64,000 nucleotides of DNA, taken from the NCBI GenBank assembly GCA_002723415.1, contig PBOA01000031.1, positions 23,991 through 87,990 on the forward strand, in the 5' to 3' direction. This document shows positions 50,791 through 60,709 of this stretch, one piece after another (within the stretch, counting starts at the first letter, position 1; the number at the start of each line of letters is the position of its first letter). The notes beneath the pieces are model-generated. The model did no database searches. It saw only the letters and a program-made list of their open reading frames with translations, and was not told the origin of the DNA. This DNA is from Chloroflexota bacterium (lineage in GTDB: Bacteria; Chloroflexota; Dehalococcoidia; Lucifugimonadales; GCA-002723415). A program made the translations under genes and the position numbers.

Positions 50791-51736
50791 TAAGATTCTT
50801 AATTTGGTATTTTTTTATATTTAATATACATAATATTATTACTAGTAAACTCCATATAATTGTAGCAAAAATATAATGAAGTAATTTTGCATGCGGATGA
50901 AAATCTAACCATACTATAGATGCCCCGAATAATATTTGTATTAAAAATGTATGGATTAAAGATTTATTTAATTTATTGAGAATATTGTTTTTATATATTT
51001 TTAATCCTGCAAATGCAGTGTAAATTAGTATAATACCAACAAATATAGATATGAATCTGTGAACCATGTTAATTATATATGGTTTACTAGTAGGGAAGAA
51101 TTCGTTTCCGCAAAATGGCCAAGATGAACATGATGATCCATATCCAAGTCCGACCATATAAGAGCCTGACATGATTAATACTAATAAGCCAATTAATGAG
51201 ACAATCGTTAGTTTTTCAAAATTATAATTTTGAAAATAGTCCATTGTTTTTAACGATTCCCACGTAGAAATCCAAACAACTATTGATGAAGCTAGAGTAA
51301 ATTCAGCAAGAGATAAGTGAATTAATACACTCCACCATGGAAGTTCAGTTAGAACAGTTATACCTCCAAATGCTCCAGTTATTAGTACTAATATAGAGGT
51401 TAATATTGCAAACAATTTAGTTGTATTAAAGTTAGTATGTTTTTTCCATGCAATAATTGTGGTTACTAAAACAAAAACGATTAATATTGCACCACTTACT
51501 CTATGTGAAAATTCAATAGCTGTTTCTGTTGCGGTTGCAATAGATGTATCTTTAAATGCAGGTACTATTTGTTCGAAACATAAAGGCCAATCCGGACAAC
51601 CTAATCCAGATTCTGTGATTCTAACTATGCCTCCTAATACAATCTGAATTATTGCTGATAAAACAGTAAGTCCCGATATAATCTTTAAAAGATTATTACG
51701 GTTTGGAGTATTGTTGGAATCAATTTGATTATACAA
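50777..51736 (-). CDS. ctaA: Heme a synthase (CtaA, Cys-pair type)
   Basis: GLGCPDWPLC, EFSHR, CSSWPFC and HR..H ligands. Confidence 0.93.
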   Translation of the reverse strand: MYNQIDSNNTPNRNNLLKIISGLTVLSAIIQIVLGGIVRITESGLGCPDWPLCFEQIVPAFKDTSIATATETAIEFSHRVSGAILIVFVLVTTIIAWKKHTNFNTTKLFAILTSILVLITGAFGGITVLTELPWWSVLIHLSLAEFTLASSIVVWISTWESLKTMDYFQNYNFEKLTIVSLIGLLVLIMSGSYMVGLGYGSSCSSWPFCGNEFFPTSKPYIINMVHRFISIFVGIILIYTAFAGLKIYKNNILNKLNKSLIHTFLIQILFGASIVWLDFHPHAKLLHYIFATIIWSLLVIILCILNIKKYQIKNLNVAN

Positions 51737-51945
51737 ATTATTATTAGTTATATTTGTTTGTTAAAACTATTAAATTCAATCATAAAATATTAGAAAATTT
51801 ATATATATAAAATATAAATATGATTAATTTTGATGTTAGCATAGGGTTTTATAATCGTCAACGAAACAGATTTTATCATTGTGGTTTAAAATTATTTATT
51901 ATATAAATATAAGGATCAATTAAATTAAAAATATTTTATTTATAT

Positions 51946-52018
51946 GGCCCGCTAGCTCAATTGGCAGAGCAATTGACTCTTAATCAATAGGTTCTCGGTT
52001 CAAGTCCGAGGCGGGTCA
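51946..52018 (+). tRNA. tRNA-Lys (CTT), CCA not encoded
   Basis: Acceptor GGCCCGC/GCGGGTC+A, D arm GCTC..GAGC, anticodon arm ATTGA-CT-CTT-AA-TCAAT, T loop GTTCAAG. Confidence 0.97.
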
Positions 52019-52069
52019 TCTTTAATTTTTATGTTTAAATTATGACCATATTAATAATTAATTTGTAAT

Positions 52070-52960
52070 TTATATATCAAAAAAATTAATTTCTTCAAAA
52101 GCTTTACGTAGTTTTAATTTTTCTTCAGGCTTTAATGTTCTATTTGGACTTAGAGGATTTCCACATTCTAAACCCATCCATGCTAAAACTTGTTTTATAC
52201 CACCAATAAGATCAGGGGAAGTTAAAAGTGCTCGAATAATATCATTTATTTTGGCTTGAATTTTTGCTGCTTTATCAATGTTGTTTTTTTTGTAAGTTTC
52301 CCATAATTGCACATAAAGTTTAGGCATAAGATTATAGCTAGCCCCTATCCCTCCAACTGCACCTACAATTAGACTAGATAGTAATAGGGAATCCTCACCT
52401 TCAAAAATTAAAGAGTTTTTCCATTTGTTAGCTAAATGCTCGAGAGTAAAAATATCTCCACTTGAATCTTTCATGCCGATAATATTTTCAACTTGTATGA
52501 GTTCGTCATAGAGTGATTCGGTCATTGCGATACCAGTTCGTTGAGGAATATTGTATATTAACAAGGGGACGTTAGATGCTGCTGCTACAGATTTATAATA
52601 ATCTATTTGAGATATTTCGTCAGGTTTATAAAAATAAGATGGAGGCAATGCTGAGATAGCATCCACACCAATTTCACTAGCATGTTGTGCTAATACTATT
52701 GTTTCAGGTATTTGAAATGCACCTATGTGAGCTATAACTTTGATATCACCTCGTGTTTCATCTAACACTGTTTCCAGTAAATCTTGTCTTTCTTTGTATT
52801 GCATTAACAGGCCTTCACCAGTACCTCCGCATACGTACAAGCCGTGGACTCCAGCATCTATTTGGTAACGTACGATTCGCCGCATAGATATTGGGTCAAA
52901 TTTTCCATTATTATCGAAAGTGCTAACTATAGCCGGGAATATACCATTCAAATTATCCAA
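52070..52960 (-). CDS. DHDPS/N-acetylneuraminate lyase-family aldolase
   Basis: GGTGEG, YNIP and Schiff-base motif KDSSG. Confidence 0.9.
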   Translation of the reverse strand: MDNLNGIFPAIVSTFDNNGKFDPISMRRIVRYQIDAGVHGLYVCGGTGEGLLMQYKERQDLLETVLDETRGDIKVIAHIGAFQIPETIVLAQHASEIGVDAISALPPSYFYKPDEISQIDYYKSVAAASNVPLLIYNIPQRTGIAMTESLYDELIQVENIIGMKDSSGDIFTLEHLANKWKNSLIFEGEDSLLLSSLIVGAVGGIGASYNLMPKLYVQLWETYKKNNIDKAAKIQAKINDIIRALLTSPDLIGGIKQVLAWMGLECGNPLSPNRTLKPEEKLKLRKAFEEINFFDI

Positions 52961-53134
52961 TTCTATTCTCCTTATATAATAGTCTAATTTATGATATTTG
53001 GACTTTGTTATTTTAAACTATAAATAAATATACATTATTAGGTTTTCCAAAGTTTAACACATTTATATATTACTTACTCTGGTTTCGAAGCAAATGTGAC
53101 TGTATAATATCAAGAAATTATAGGATTATTATGG

Positions 53135-53761
53135 ATGAGTATTGATGTTTGGTTTCAACTTGTAATAATTTGTTTGCTTGGTGCAATGTCTCCAGGACCT
53201 AGTTTAGTTTTAGTAGTTAATAATACTTTTGTTGGAGGAAAAACTTATGGCATAATTACTAGCCTTGCACATGGGCTAGGTATTGGTATATGGGCATTTT
53301 TGACTGCTATAGGTGTATCTGGCTTATTAGTTAAAGAATCGAATCTATTAGTATCTATGCAATTTATTGGGTTGGTTCTTATAGCATATATAGGTTTTCG
53401 TACATTATTTGCTAATAATGAGTTGTTATTTTCTCAAAGTAATACTAAGGCAATTGCATCAAGAACTCTGTTGAGAGGGGCAATGGAAGGATTTTTAATA
53501 TCCATACTTAATCCTAAGATTGCATTGTTCTTTCTAGCAATATTTAGTCATTTAGTCCAAGCAGATTCGAAGTGGGCAGAAATCAGCTTAATGGGTGTTG
53601 CTGCTGCAATTATTGATGCTTCTTGGTATGCTTTAGTAGCTATAATATTAACTGAATCAAATATTGGGAGTATCTTAAAAAAAAGATCAAAAGTTGTTAG
53701 TAAGATTATTGGGGCTTTTCTAGTTTTTATATCAATTTATTTATTCTTAGAAATGATTTGA
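53135..53761 (+). CDS. LysE/RhtB family exporter
   Basis: MSPGPS, ILNPKIALFF; 6 TM. Confidence 0.92.
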   Translation: MSIDVWFQLVIICLLGAMSPGPSLVLVVNNTFVGGKTYGIITSLAHGLGIGIWAFLTAIGVSGLLVKESNLLVSMQFIGLVLIAYIGFRTLFANNELLFSQSNTKAIASRTLLRGAMEGFLISILNPKIALFFLAIFSHLVQADSKWAEISLMGVAAAIIDASWYALVAIILTESNIGSILKKRSKVVSKIIGAFLVFISIYLFLEMI

Positions 53762-53829
53762 GTTGGTTTAGTATTGGGTTATTAATAATTTAGACATGGA
53801 TACTTTTTGCAAATAGATTATTAAAATTT

Positions 53830-54543
53830 TCACCTCAATCCGAGAAAATAATCTCCAATATTTGGATCATCAAGAATATTTTTTGCATTGCCTGAGTGGG
53901 CAACTTTCCCTCCAGAAAATATGTATCCACGGTTTGATTTTGAAAGTGATAATTTTGCGTTTTGTTCTACTAATAGTATTGATATACCGTCCCTGCGCAG
54001 TTCATTTATATTTTCGATTATTGCTTTTTGGTATTTAGGTGAAAGAGCAGCAGTTGGTTCGTCTAAAAGTAGTAATGTAGGATCAGAAATGAGGGCTCTA
54101 GATATCGCCAACATTTGCCTTTCCCCGCCAGAAAGAGAGGCTGCAAGGTCGTTCATGCGAAGCTCTAGATCAGGAAACATTTTACAAGCACGTTCAATAG
54201 AGCTAATTAGTTTCTTATTACTTAAATTAATGCCACCCATCTGTAAATTTTCTTTGACTGATAAAGATGGAAATATATTTTCAACCTGAGGTACATATGC
54301 AATTCCTCTATCTACTAGCTTGTCAGTTCGCCATCCAGATATATCTAAATTTTTGTGTAAAACATTACCCTTTTGGTGAGTAGCAAGTCCAAAAAGAACT
54401 TTCAAGAAAGTCGATTTACCACATCCATTTGGACCAATTATAGTTACAAACTCACCTTCATTCACATATAGATCAATTCCATTTAAGATCTGAACATTAG
54501 AGTAGCCTCCTTCAAGACCTGTAACTTCAAGAATTTTATTCAT
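53830..54543 (-). CDS. livF: HAAT-family ABC ATPase (LivF-like)
   Basis: GPNGCGKST, LSGGERQM, LDEPT and LVEQN. Confidence 0.88.
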   Translation of the reverse strand: MNKILEVTGLEGGYSNVQILNGIDLYVNEGEFVTIIGPNGCGKSTFLKVLFGLATHQKGNVLHKNLDISGWRTDKLVDRGIAYVPQVENIFPSLSVKENLQMGGINLSNKKLISSIERACKMFPDLELRMNDLAASLSGGERQMLAISRALISDPTLLLLDEPTAALSPKYQKAIIENINELRRDGISILLVEQNAKLSLSKSNRGYIFSGGKVAHSGNAKNILDDPNIGDYFLGLR

Positions 54544-55322
54544 TATTTTAGTTCTCCTGGATTCCCTAAATAAGCTTCAACTACATCTCTACTTTGCTTT
54601 ATTTGATCTGGAGTTCCTTCCATTAAGATTTGACCTGAGTCCATTACTATAATCCTATCAACTCCTCGACGAAGAATAAAATCCATATTGTGTTCAATAA
54701 CGAGCATGCCAATATTATTATTAGAAGTCAATGAGCTAAGGTTCTGGAAAATTCTTTCTGCAAGTGGGCCTGCAACTCCGGCAACTGGCTCGTCAAGTAA
54801 TAGAAACCGTGGAGAACTCATCAAGGCTCGACCAATGTCGACTAGTTTACTTTGTCCTCCGGATAGTTCACTAGCAAGGTTGTGAGCTATATGTGATATT
54901 TCAAGTAAATCAAGGATTGAGTAAGCATCAAATAATCTTTGTTTTTCTGATTTGCGTGAATTAGGACGTAGTAATGCTAAAAAAGGGTTAGGAGAAAACT
55001 GTTTTCGTGGAGGTACAAGTAAATTTTCAATCACAGTCATATCCTTCCATAGCCAAGTATGTTGAAAAGTTCTTGTTAATCCTAGGTTTTGTATTTGGTC
55101 TGGCCGTAAATCTGTAGCATTTTGACCAAGGACTTCCACTTTTCCAGAACTCACTTCTAATAATCCCGAAATGCAATTAAAAGTGGTAGTTTTACCACAT
55201 CCGTTTGGACCAATTAATCCAACAAGTTCTCCCTCTTCAACATTAAAGGAAACTTTATCTATAGCCCTAAGTCCACCAAAATCTTTTGTTAGGTTTGATA
55301 TTTTAAGTGCAGGTATTGACAT
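54543..55322 (-). CDS. livG: HAAT-family ABC ATPase (LivG-like)
   Basis: FGGLRA, GPNGCGKTT, LSGGQ, LDEP and IEHNM. Confidence 0.88.
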   Translation of the reverse strand: MSIPALKISNLTKDFGGLRAIDKVSFNVEEGELVGLIGPNGCGKTTTFNCISGLLEVSSGKVEVLGQNATDLRPDQIQNLGLTRTFQHTWLWKDMTVIENLLVPPRKQFSPNPFLALLRPNSRKSEKQRLFDAYSILDLLEISHIAHNLASELSGGQSKLVDIGRALMSSPRFLLLDEPVAGVAGPLAERIFQNLSSLTSNNNIGMLVIEHNMDFILRRGVDRIIVMDSGQILMEGTPDQIKQSRDVVEAYLGNPGELK

Positions 55323-55339
55323 GTTTATTTGGTGCTCCT

Positions 55340-58237
55340 TTATTTGCTGTTTTGGAATCTTGAATTTCCTGGACGTTTTGGGCGTGAAGGGACTTCTGGA
55401 ATTAAACCTTTAGATGATGTGATTAATGCTCCAATAATTACAATTCCAATTAATGCTAATTTGAGATGTGGTAGTGAAAGAGTAACATTTCCTTTTGTAA
55501 AAACTTCAGTAATAGACCTCTCTGACCATATAATTCCACCAATGTTTACCATTAACCAAGAAAATATAGAATCCATATAAGAAGTTATATCGTGAAATGG
55601 TAAACTACTACTTCCTCTTGATACAACCATTACGTTAAATATGAATTCAACTATAACAATAAGAAATGCGCCAATAACCATTCCTCGATTGTTCCCTCGT
55701 CCTCCAACTATAAATGCAGCCCAAATCAAGAATGTTGTACGAACTGGGTTCATGAAATCTGGCCAAACGTTAGTATTTAGCCAAGCCCAAAGAGCACCAG
55801 CTAAAGCAGCTATAGCTGCGCCTAATGCAAGGCTAGCTGCTTTGTGAGTAAGAATATTGTGTCCATGATGCTGAGTTACTAATTCATCATCTCTGATGGA
55901 ACGTAGAATTCTTCCCCAAGGAGAAGAAAGTATAGTGTTAAGGAGTATCCACACTAGAATCATTGATATTACTGACAGAATTGAGAGAAATACAACGTAC
56001 GGTGCAGGGATATTTATTCCCAATAAAATTCCTATCATTTCGGAAGGGCCATTATCCCACCAGCCTTCTAATGGACGAGAAAATTGTGAAATACCCATAG
56101 CTGAAGTACTTGTGCCAGCTCGTAGTAATGGTTCAGCTTGAAGAGAAAGTCGTAACATTTCACCAAGAGCAATCGTAACTATGGCGAAATAATCCATTCT
56201 GAGTCTAGCAGTTGGATATGCGAGTAGCCATCCTATTGTAGATGATATTGCTACAGCAAGAATTGTGGCTGTCCATGGATTCCATCCATAGCCATTTGTT
56301 TCAACAGGAGCAGAAAGTATTCCTACTACTACTGCACCAATTCCAATAAAGAAAATAACTCCAAAATTAGTCATTCCAGTCAAGCCTGTATGTAAATTAA
56401 GTGAGAAGCAAGCCAAGCTAAAAATACCCACCAGTGTAATTATCCGAGCGACTTGCAATACTTTTGTTAGTGTAGTTACGCTTGGCAGTATCCAAACTAT
56501 ACAAATAAGCAAAATAAATAAGATTGAGAATGTCACCCACGATCCACGTTCTGTTTCGCGATTAATACTTAACCAATTACTTGGTTTTATACGTAGTCTT
56601 GAAAGAATATATAATCTAGAAAGTTCAACAAATTTTTCTTTTGTGGATAAATTGAGAGGATGTTTTTCTAGTAAATTTCTAAAAAACAATAGGATTTTTT
56701 TGAGAAATTTATTGAATCTAAATATGGTTTGTTTAATATTGTGAATATAAATTAAGCTAAATGATAAAGTTAAAGACAGAGGTTTTGGTATAGAAAAAAG
56801 ATTATTAAATCGATTGTATTGTATATTTTTTCTGGATGATCTTTTTTTTCTAATTCGTTCAATATTCCAATTTTGAATTGCAGACCCTAAACCTCGAGGT
56901 GCTAAAAGTAGTAATCCGATCATAAATATAAAAGGTGTTACTTCTGCGAAGCCACTAGCTGTTGGGCGATCTAATGCGTTTCCTGCACCTATTAATACTG
57001 GTTCTGATATAGCTCTTAACAAGCCTATAATTAAAGATCCAATGATTACTCCCGGAATAGATCCAATAGTACCTAGGACTATGATAGCAAATGCAGGTAA
57101 TAGTAGAGTTAGGCCTAGTTCAGGATTGATTGGCAAAATTGCTGCGAGTAAAGCACCGCCAAGACCAGTGATTCCTGATGATAGGAATGCTGTGCTGCCA
57201 TGTACTCGTTCGATATGAATCCCACTAGATGCAGCTAGATCTGAATTATCCGCTACTGCTCGCATCTGTCTTCCAAGACTGGTGCGATGTAATAGGAATA
57301 ACAATAGTGTGATTGTACCAAACATCCCTACGATAAGAGCTATTTTTGAGTAGGCAAACCCATATGAATTAACATTTTCCATGATATTTATCAAAGGTGT
57401 ATTAATACGATCTCCTAGATGAAATTGTAATTGTTTAGTAGGGATTTCAAAAATGGATGTGCTAAGCCGCCAATCTCGATCTGGGATGAAACGGTGATTA
57501 CTTGCACTAAAACGTATATATAGTATGGCACGAAGCACCATTGACACCCCTAATGAAGCTATCATCATTACTTGAGGAGTAGCCATTTTCTTTCGGAATC
57601 GCTTATAAACTAATTTATCTATAATTAATCCAATAAGACCAGTTATAATAAATGCACTTATTCCTGACCAAATTATTAAATCCCAATTTATAGTTCCGTC
57701 AGTAGGGGCATTTGAAATTGGGAAAAACCTATCTGACCACATTAAAGTTAGAGCTACGTAAGACCCAAAGAGCATCATTTCTGCTTGTGCGAAATTGGCG
57801 AAACGTTGAACCTTGTATGTAATTGTTAAACCTATTGCTATGCTTATATAAACTGCAGACCAGTATAAACTACTTGATCCTATAGAGGTCAGGTTGAAAT
57901 TCAATGTAGCTGATCTCCCTAATCCGTTTAGTAAGGAATCAAGAGCAATAAATCCAACTAGAGTCACTATAATTGGTGTAGATATGATTACAATATTCTT
58001 CCATCTGTTATGTACTTCATTAAGTATTATTCTGATTAGTAGAAGGATTCCAGTCATCATTTCGATGAATAATGTGAGCCATTTTATTTCGCCCTTTAAT
58101 AAACCAAATGAGGTGATTATACTTTTGTTATGGATTAATCCAAAATAGGCATCAAAAAATAGAAATATAGGCAGCATCACTTGGAGCAGCCATAAAGGTT
58201 TAATCATGAAACGTTGCCATATAGTGTTCAAAGGCAA
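55340..58237 (-). CDS. Fused LivH-LivM branched-chain amino acid ABC permease with extra N-terminal TM region
   Basis: LivH half (FANFAQAE, GRQMRAVADN..LA) and LivM half (GLTGMTNFG, LRMDYFAIVT, GRILRSIRDDE) joined by a basic linker. Confidence 0.88.
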   Translation of the reverse strand: MPLNTIWQRFMIKPLWLLQVMLPIFLFFDAYFGLIHNKSIITSFGLLKGEIKWLTLFIEMMTGILLLIRIILNEVHNRWKNIVIISTPIIVTLVGFIALDSLLNGLGRSATLNFNLTSIGSSSLYWSAVYISIAIGLTITYKVQRFANFAQAEMMLFGSYVALTLMWSDRFFPISNAPTDGTINWDLIIWSGISAFIITGLIGLIIDKLVYKRFRKKMATPQVMMIASLGVSMVLRAILYIRFSASNHRFIPDRDWRLSTSIFEIPTKQLQFHLGDRINTPLINIMENVNSYGFAYSKIALIVGMFGTITLLLFLLHRTSLGRQMRAVADNSDLAASSGIHIERVHGSTAFLSSGITGLGGALLAAILPINPELGLTLLLPAFAIIVLGTIGSIPGVIIGSLIIGLLRAISEPVLIGAGNALDRPTASGFAEVTPFIFMIGLLLLAPRGLGSAIQNWNIERIRKKRSSRKNIQYNRFNNLFSIPKPLSLTLSFSLIYIHNIKQTIFRFNKFLKKILLFFRNLLEKHPLNLSTKEKFVELSRLYILSRLRIKPSNWLSINRETERGSWVTFSILFILLICIVWILPSVTTLTKVLQVARIITLVGIFSLACFSLNLHTGLTGMTNFGVIFFIGIGAVVVGILSAPVETNGYGWNPWTATILAVAISSTIGWLLAYPTARLRMDYFAIVTIALGEMLRLSLQAEPLLRAGTSTSAMGISQFSRPLEGWWDNGPSEMIGILLGINIPAPYVVFLSILSVISMILVWILLNTILSSPWGRILRSIRDDELVTQHHGHNILTHKAASLALGAAIAALAGALWAWLNTNVWPDFMNPVRTTFLIWAAFIVGGRGNNRGMVIGAFLIVIVEFIFNVMVVSRGSSSLPFHDITSYMDSIFSWLMVNIGGIIWSERSITEVFTKGNVTLSLPHLKLALIGIVIIGALITSSKGLIPEVPSRPKRPGNSRFQNSK

Positions 58238-58302
58238 TCTCGTCTTTTCAACTTGGACCTACACCCTTTGGGCTAAATATTTGTATTCCTGATTAAATGA
58301 AA

Positions 58303-58337
58303 TGGCCTCCAGTCGGTATGTGAACCGCTGCAGGCCA
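58303..58337 (-). terminator. GC-rich intercistronic hairpin with U-rich tail between SBP and permease
   Basis: Minus strand: UGGCCU-G-CAG-CGG-(UUCACAUA)-CCG-A-CUG-G-AGGCCA followed by UUUCAUUU. Confidence 0.55.
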
Positions 58338-58376
58338 ATTCCAATAGAAAAATACTTAATATTGTAAGTCGTTTAA

Positions 58377-59525
58377 TTATTTTATTCCATCGTCTGAAGT
58401 CCAGGTTCTAGGACAAGAGAAGGCTGTACCATCAAATTGGCAAACTTCATATCCTGTACCTGCAACATCACCATTTGAATCAAATGTATGAGTACCGCTT
58501 GCTCCTACATAATTTGTGCCAGTTTTATTTAAAGCTGTAAGTATATTCCCTTCAGGGTCCGAAATTATGGATGCGGCTATAATTTTAATTGCATCATAAG
58601 TTTCACCAGTATATATTGCTCCATCAGCTCCACCTGCCGCAGAATAAGCATTCTCAAAATCTGTTTTTTGACTAGTGTCTTGACCTGGTCTAGGTCTAGT
58701 TGCAATCAAGCCATTAACTGCTGATGAATCAGTAAATGATTCAATAAAAGCAGCATCTGCTAGACCGTCAGCACCTATCATAGTTCCATTAAATCCTTGC
58801 GTAGATAGGGCTTCTATTATAGCAGCACCGTCTGTTGCATAGGACATTAGTAGAACTGAATCACATCCACTGTCTATAACAGATTGAGCCAAAGATGAAG
58901 CATCATAAGACCCTTCAGTTGGATCATATCCAGCTTGTGTACAAACATTTCCTGACCAGCTAGATGCGAAATTGTCACCAAGTCCTGCCCCATAGTCATT
59001 TGTCATATAAAGTACGGCTGGGTTACTTGCACCTTGCGCAACTGTAACAGCAGCTAAAGCAACTGCTTGCTGAGCATCACTTGGTACAACACGGAAAAGG
59101 TATCCATTATCGTCTGCATCACTAAGTCCAGGAGAAGTACTTGCATATGAAACCATTGGCACACCAGCTGGAGCAGCAACTGCGATTGCTCCTAACGTAG
59201 CTCCAGAACACGCAGCACCAACAATTGCAGACACACCACTGTCAATAAGCGTTTGCGCAGAGGTACCTGCTTGAGTTCCATCACAACCAGAGTCAGCAAC
59301 GATTAATTCAAAAACGTAATCACCATCATGAGTCTTGTTTAATTCAGCTATAGCAATTGCACCTGCGTCTTCAAAGCCTGGGGCATACTGTGCTATAGGG
59401 CCAGTCTGGGGACTTAAAAGTCCAATTTTTATTGTTGTAGGTTCACTACTGCAAGCAATAGTTCCCATTAAAACCAAAACCAAGACTAATATACTGTAAA
59501 TTGGCTTAATACTATATTTATTCAT
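58377..59525 (-). CDS. HAAT-family ABC substrate-binding lipoprotein
   Basis: Lipobox TIAC, IKIGLLSPQTG, VGAACSG, SYASTSP and FRVVPSDAQQ. Confidence 0.92.
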   Translation of the reverse strand: MNKYSIKPIYSILVLVLVLMGTIACSSEPTTIKIGLLSPQTGPIAQYAPGFEDAGAIAIAELNKTHDGDYVFELIVADSGCDGTQAGTSAQTLIDSGVSAIVGAACSGATLGAIAVAAPAGVPMVSYASTSPGLSDADDNGYLFRVVPSDAQQAVALAAVTVAQGASNPAVLYMTNDYGAGLGDNFASSWSGNVCTQAGYDPTEGSYDASSLAQSVIDSGCDSVLLMSYATDGAAIIEALSTQGFNGTMIGADGLADAAFIESFTDSSAVNGLIATRPRPGQDTSQKTDFENAYSAAGGADGAIYTGETYDAIKIIAASIISDPEGNILTALNKTGTNYVGASGTHTFDSNGDVAGTGYEVCQFDGTAFSCPRTWTSDDGIK

Positions 59526-59596
59526 GTCTAACCTCCATAGTTTTTTAACTCCATAAAGGGTTATATATTTTTCTAGATAAGGATATTTTGGATATT

Positions 59597-59637
59597 ATAT
59601 TAACATATAGTTTTTGGGCATCATATTAACACATAGT
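59597..59637. repeat. 15-bp direct repeat upstream of the ABC operon
   Basis: atattaacatatagt (59597-611) and atattaacacatagt (59623-637), 26-nt period. Confidence 0.6.
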
Positions 59638-59723
59638 ATTGTATATGTAAAATCAACTTTTGGAGGGATATTATTTATAGTTTATTTATTATTAGAAATA
59701 GCTGTTATAAATAAAAGGTTTTT

Positions 59724-60506
59724 TTATAATTTGCCAGGCATACCTCCATCAATATTAATAATTTCGCCTGTTATAAATTCTGAGTCCTTACTTGCTAAAA
59801 ATAATGCAGTTTTTGCTACATTTTCTGGTTTACCTGGATTTTTTAATATTTGTAGTAAATCAAAGGTTGCTTTAAATTTATGATTTCCATCTTTACCTTT
59901 AGCTTTATCAGTAATTATTTGTCCTGGTCTTATACAATTAACTCTAATATTGTGCTTTCCTCCTATACTAGCTAAATATCTAGTTAAAGCTTCTATTCCT
60001 GCTTTAGCTGAATAATATGATGCCGAAGGAGCTCCGTCTAAATCATAAATATAGTTGCTGAAACCTCTTTGAGCAGCTAATGAAGACATATTTATTATTA
60101 TCCCGTGATTAGATTTTATTAAGTGTTTCCATACAGCTTGGCACATATAAAAAGTCCCAGATAAATTCACTTTTATCACTGACTCCCAATTATCTTTATT
60201 TTCATCAGGGAATATATCTGATGAAGATATTCCTGCATTATTAAAAAGGATATCAATTCTATTAAATTTATTAATAATAATTTCTATTGCTTTATTAATA
60301 TCATTAGAATTAGTTACATCACATTTGATAAATAAAGATTTCCCAGCATTTTGTTGTATATAGTTTTGGACTTCTAATCCTTCTTTTTTTCTTCTCGCAA
60401 GGATTATTACAGTGGCTCCCTCTTTAGCAAATAAATGAGCAGTAGATTCACCAATACCACTATTGCCTCCTGTAATTATTGCAACTTTATCTTTTAATTT
60501 GGCCAT
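59724..60506 (-). CDS. Classical short-chain dehydrogenase/reductase
   Basis: TGGNSGIG, NNAG, YYSAK and IDGG. Confidence 0.93.
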   Translation of the reverse strand: MAKLKDKVAIITGGNSGIGESTAHLFAKEGATVIILARRKKEGLEVQNYIQQNAGKSLFIKCDVTNSNDINKAIEIIINKFNRIDILFNNAGISSSDIFPDENKDNWESVIKVNLSGTFYMCQAVWKHLIKSNHGIIINMSSLAAQRGFSNYIYDLDGAPSASYYSAKAGIEALTRYLASIGGKHNIRVNCIRPGQIITDKAKGKDGNHKFKATFDLLQILKNPGKPENVAKTALFLASKDSEFITGEIINIDGGMPGKL

Positions 60507-60584
60507 TCTGTTTCTCCAATAAATTTTTACACTTATTAAAAATTATAGGTTAGGTTACTATAATTAAAATATTATTAATTTAGT

Positions 60585-60614
60585 TTGATTGCATCATATA
60601 TTTGTTGATATAAT
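60585..60614 (+). promoter_or_regulatory. Sigma70 promoter (extended -10) for the DEAD-box helicase
   Basis: TTGATT(60585-90), N18 ending in TGa, then TATAAT(60609-14). Confidence 0.55.
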
Positions 60615-60709
60615 GTTTTTATAGTGAATACTTTTTTATTTCTGGGCATTACTAATTATCTATTTGTCATGGTTCTAAGAGAGTCATATATTAGGATTAG
60701 GAGCTCTCT

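Noticed and set aside
52070-52960. dapA (lysine biosynthesis)
   Set aside because: GGTGEG instead of the GTTGE typical of DapA, and the context is catabolic; kept at family level.
249-59883. Short antisense or overlapping track ORFs (e.g. 249-515, 6439-6858, 7875-8279, 12049-12372, 18084-18326, 27247-27441, 28972-29232, 42853-43080, 45377-45682, 53888-54289, 55329-56141, 59614-59883)
   Set aside because: They are mostly shadows of well-supported genes on the opposite strand, with no recognisable motifs.
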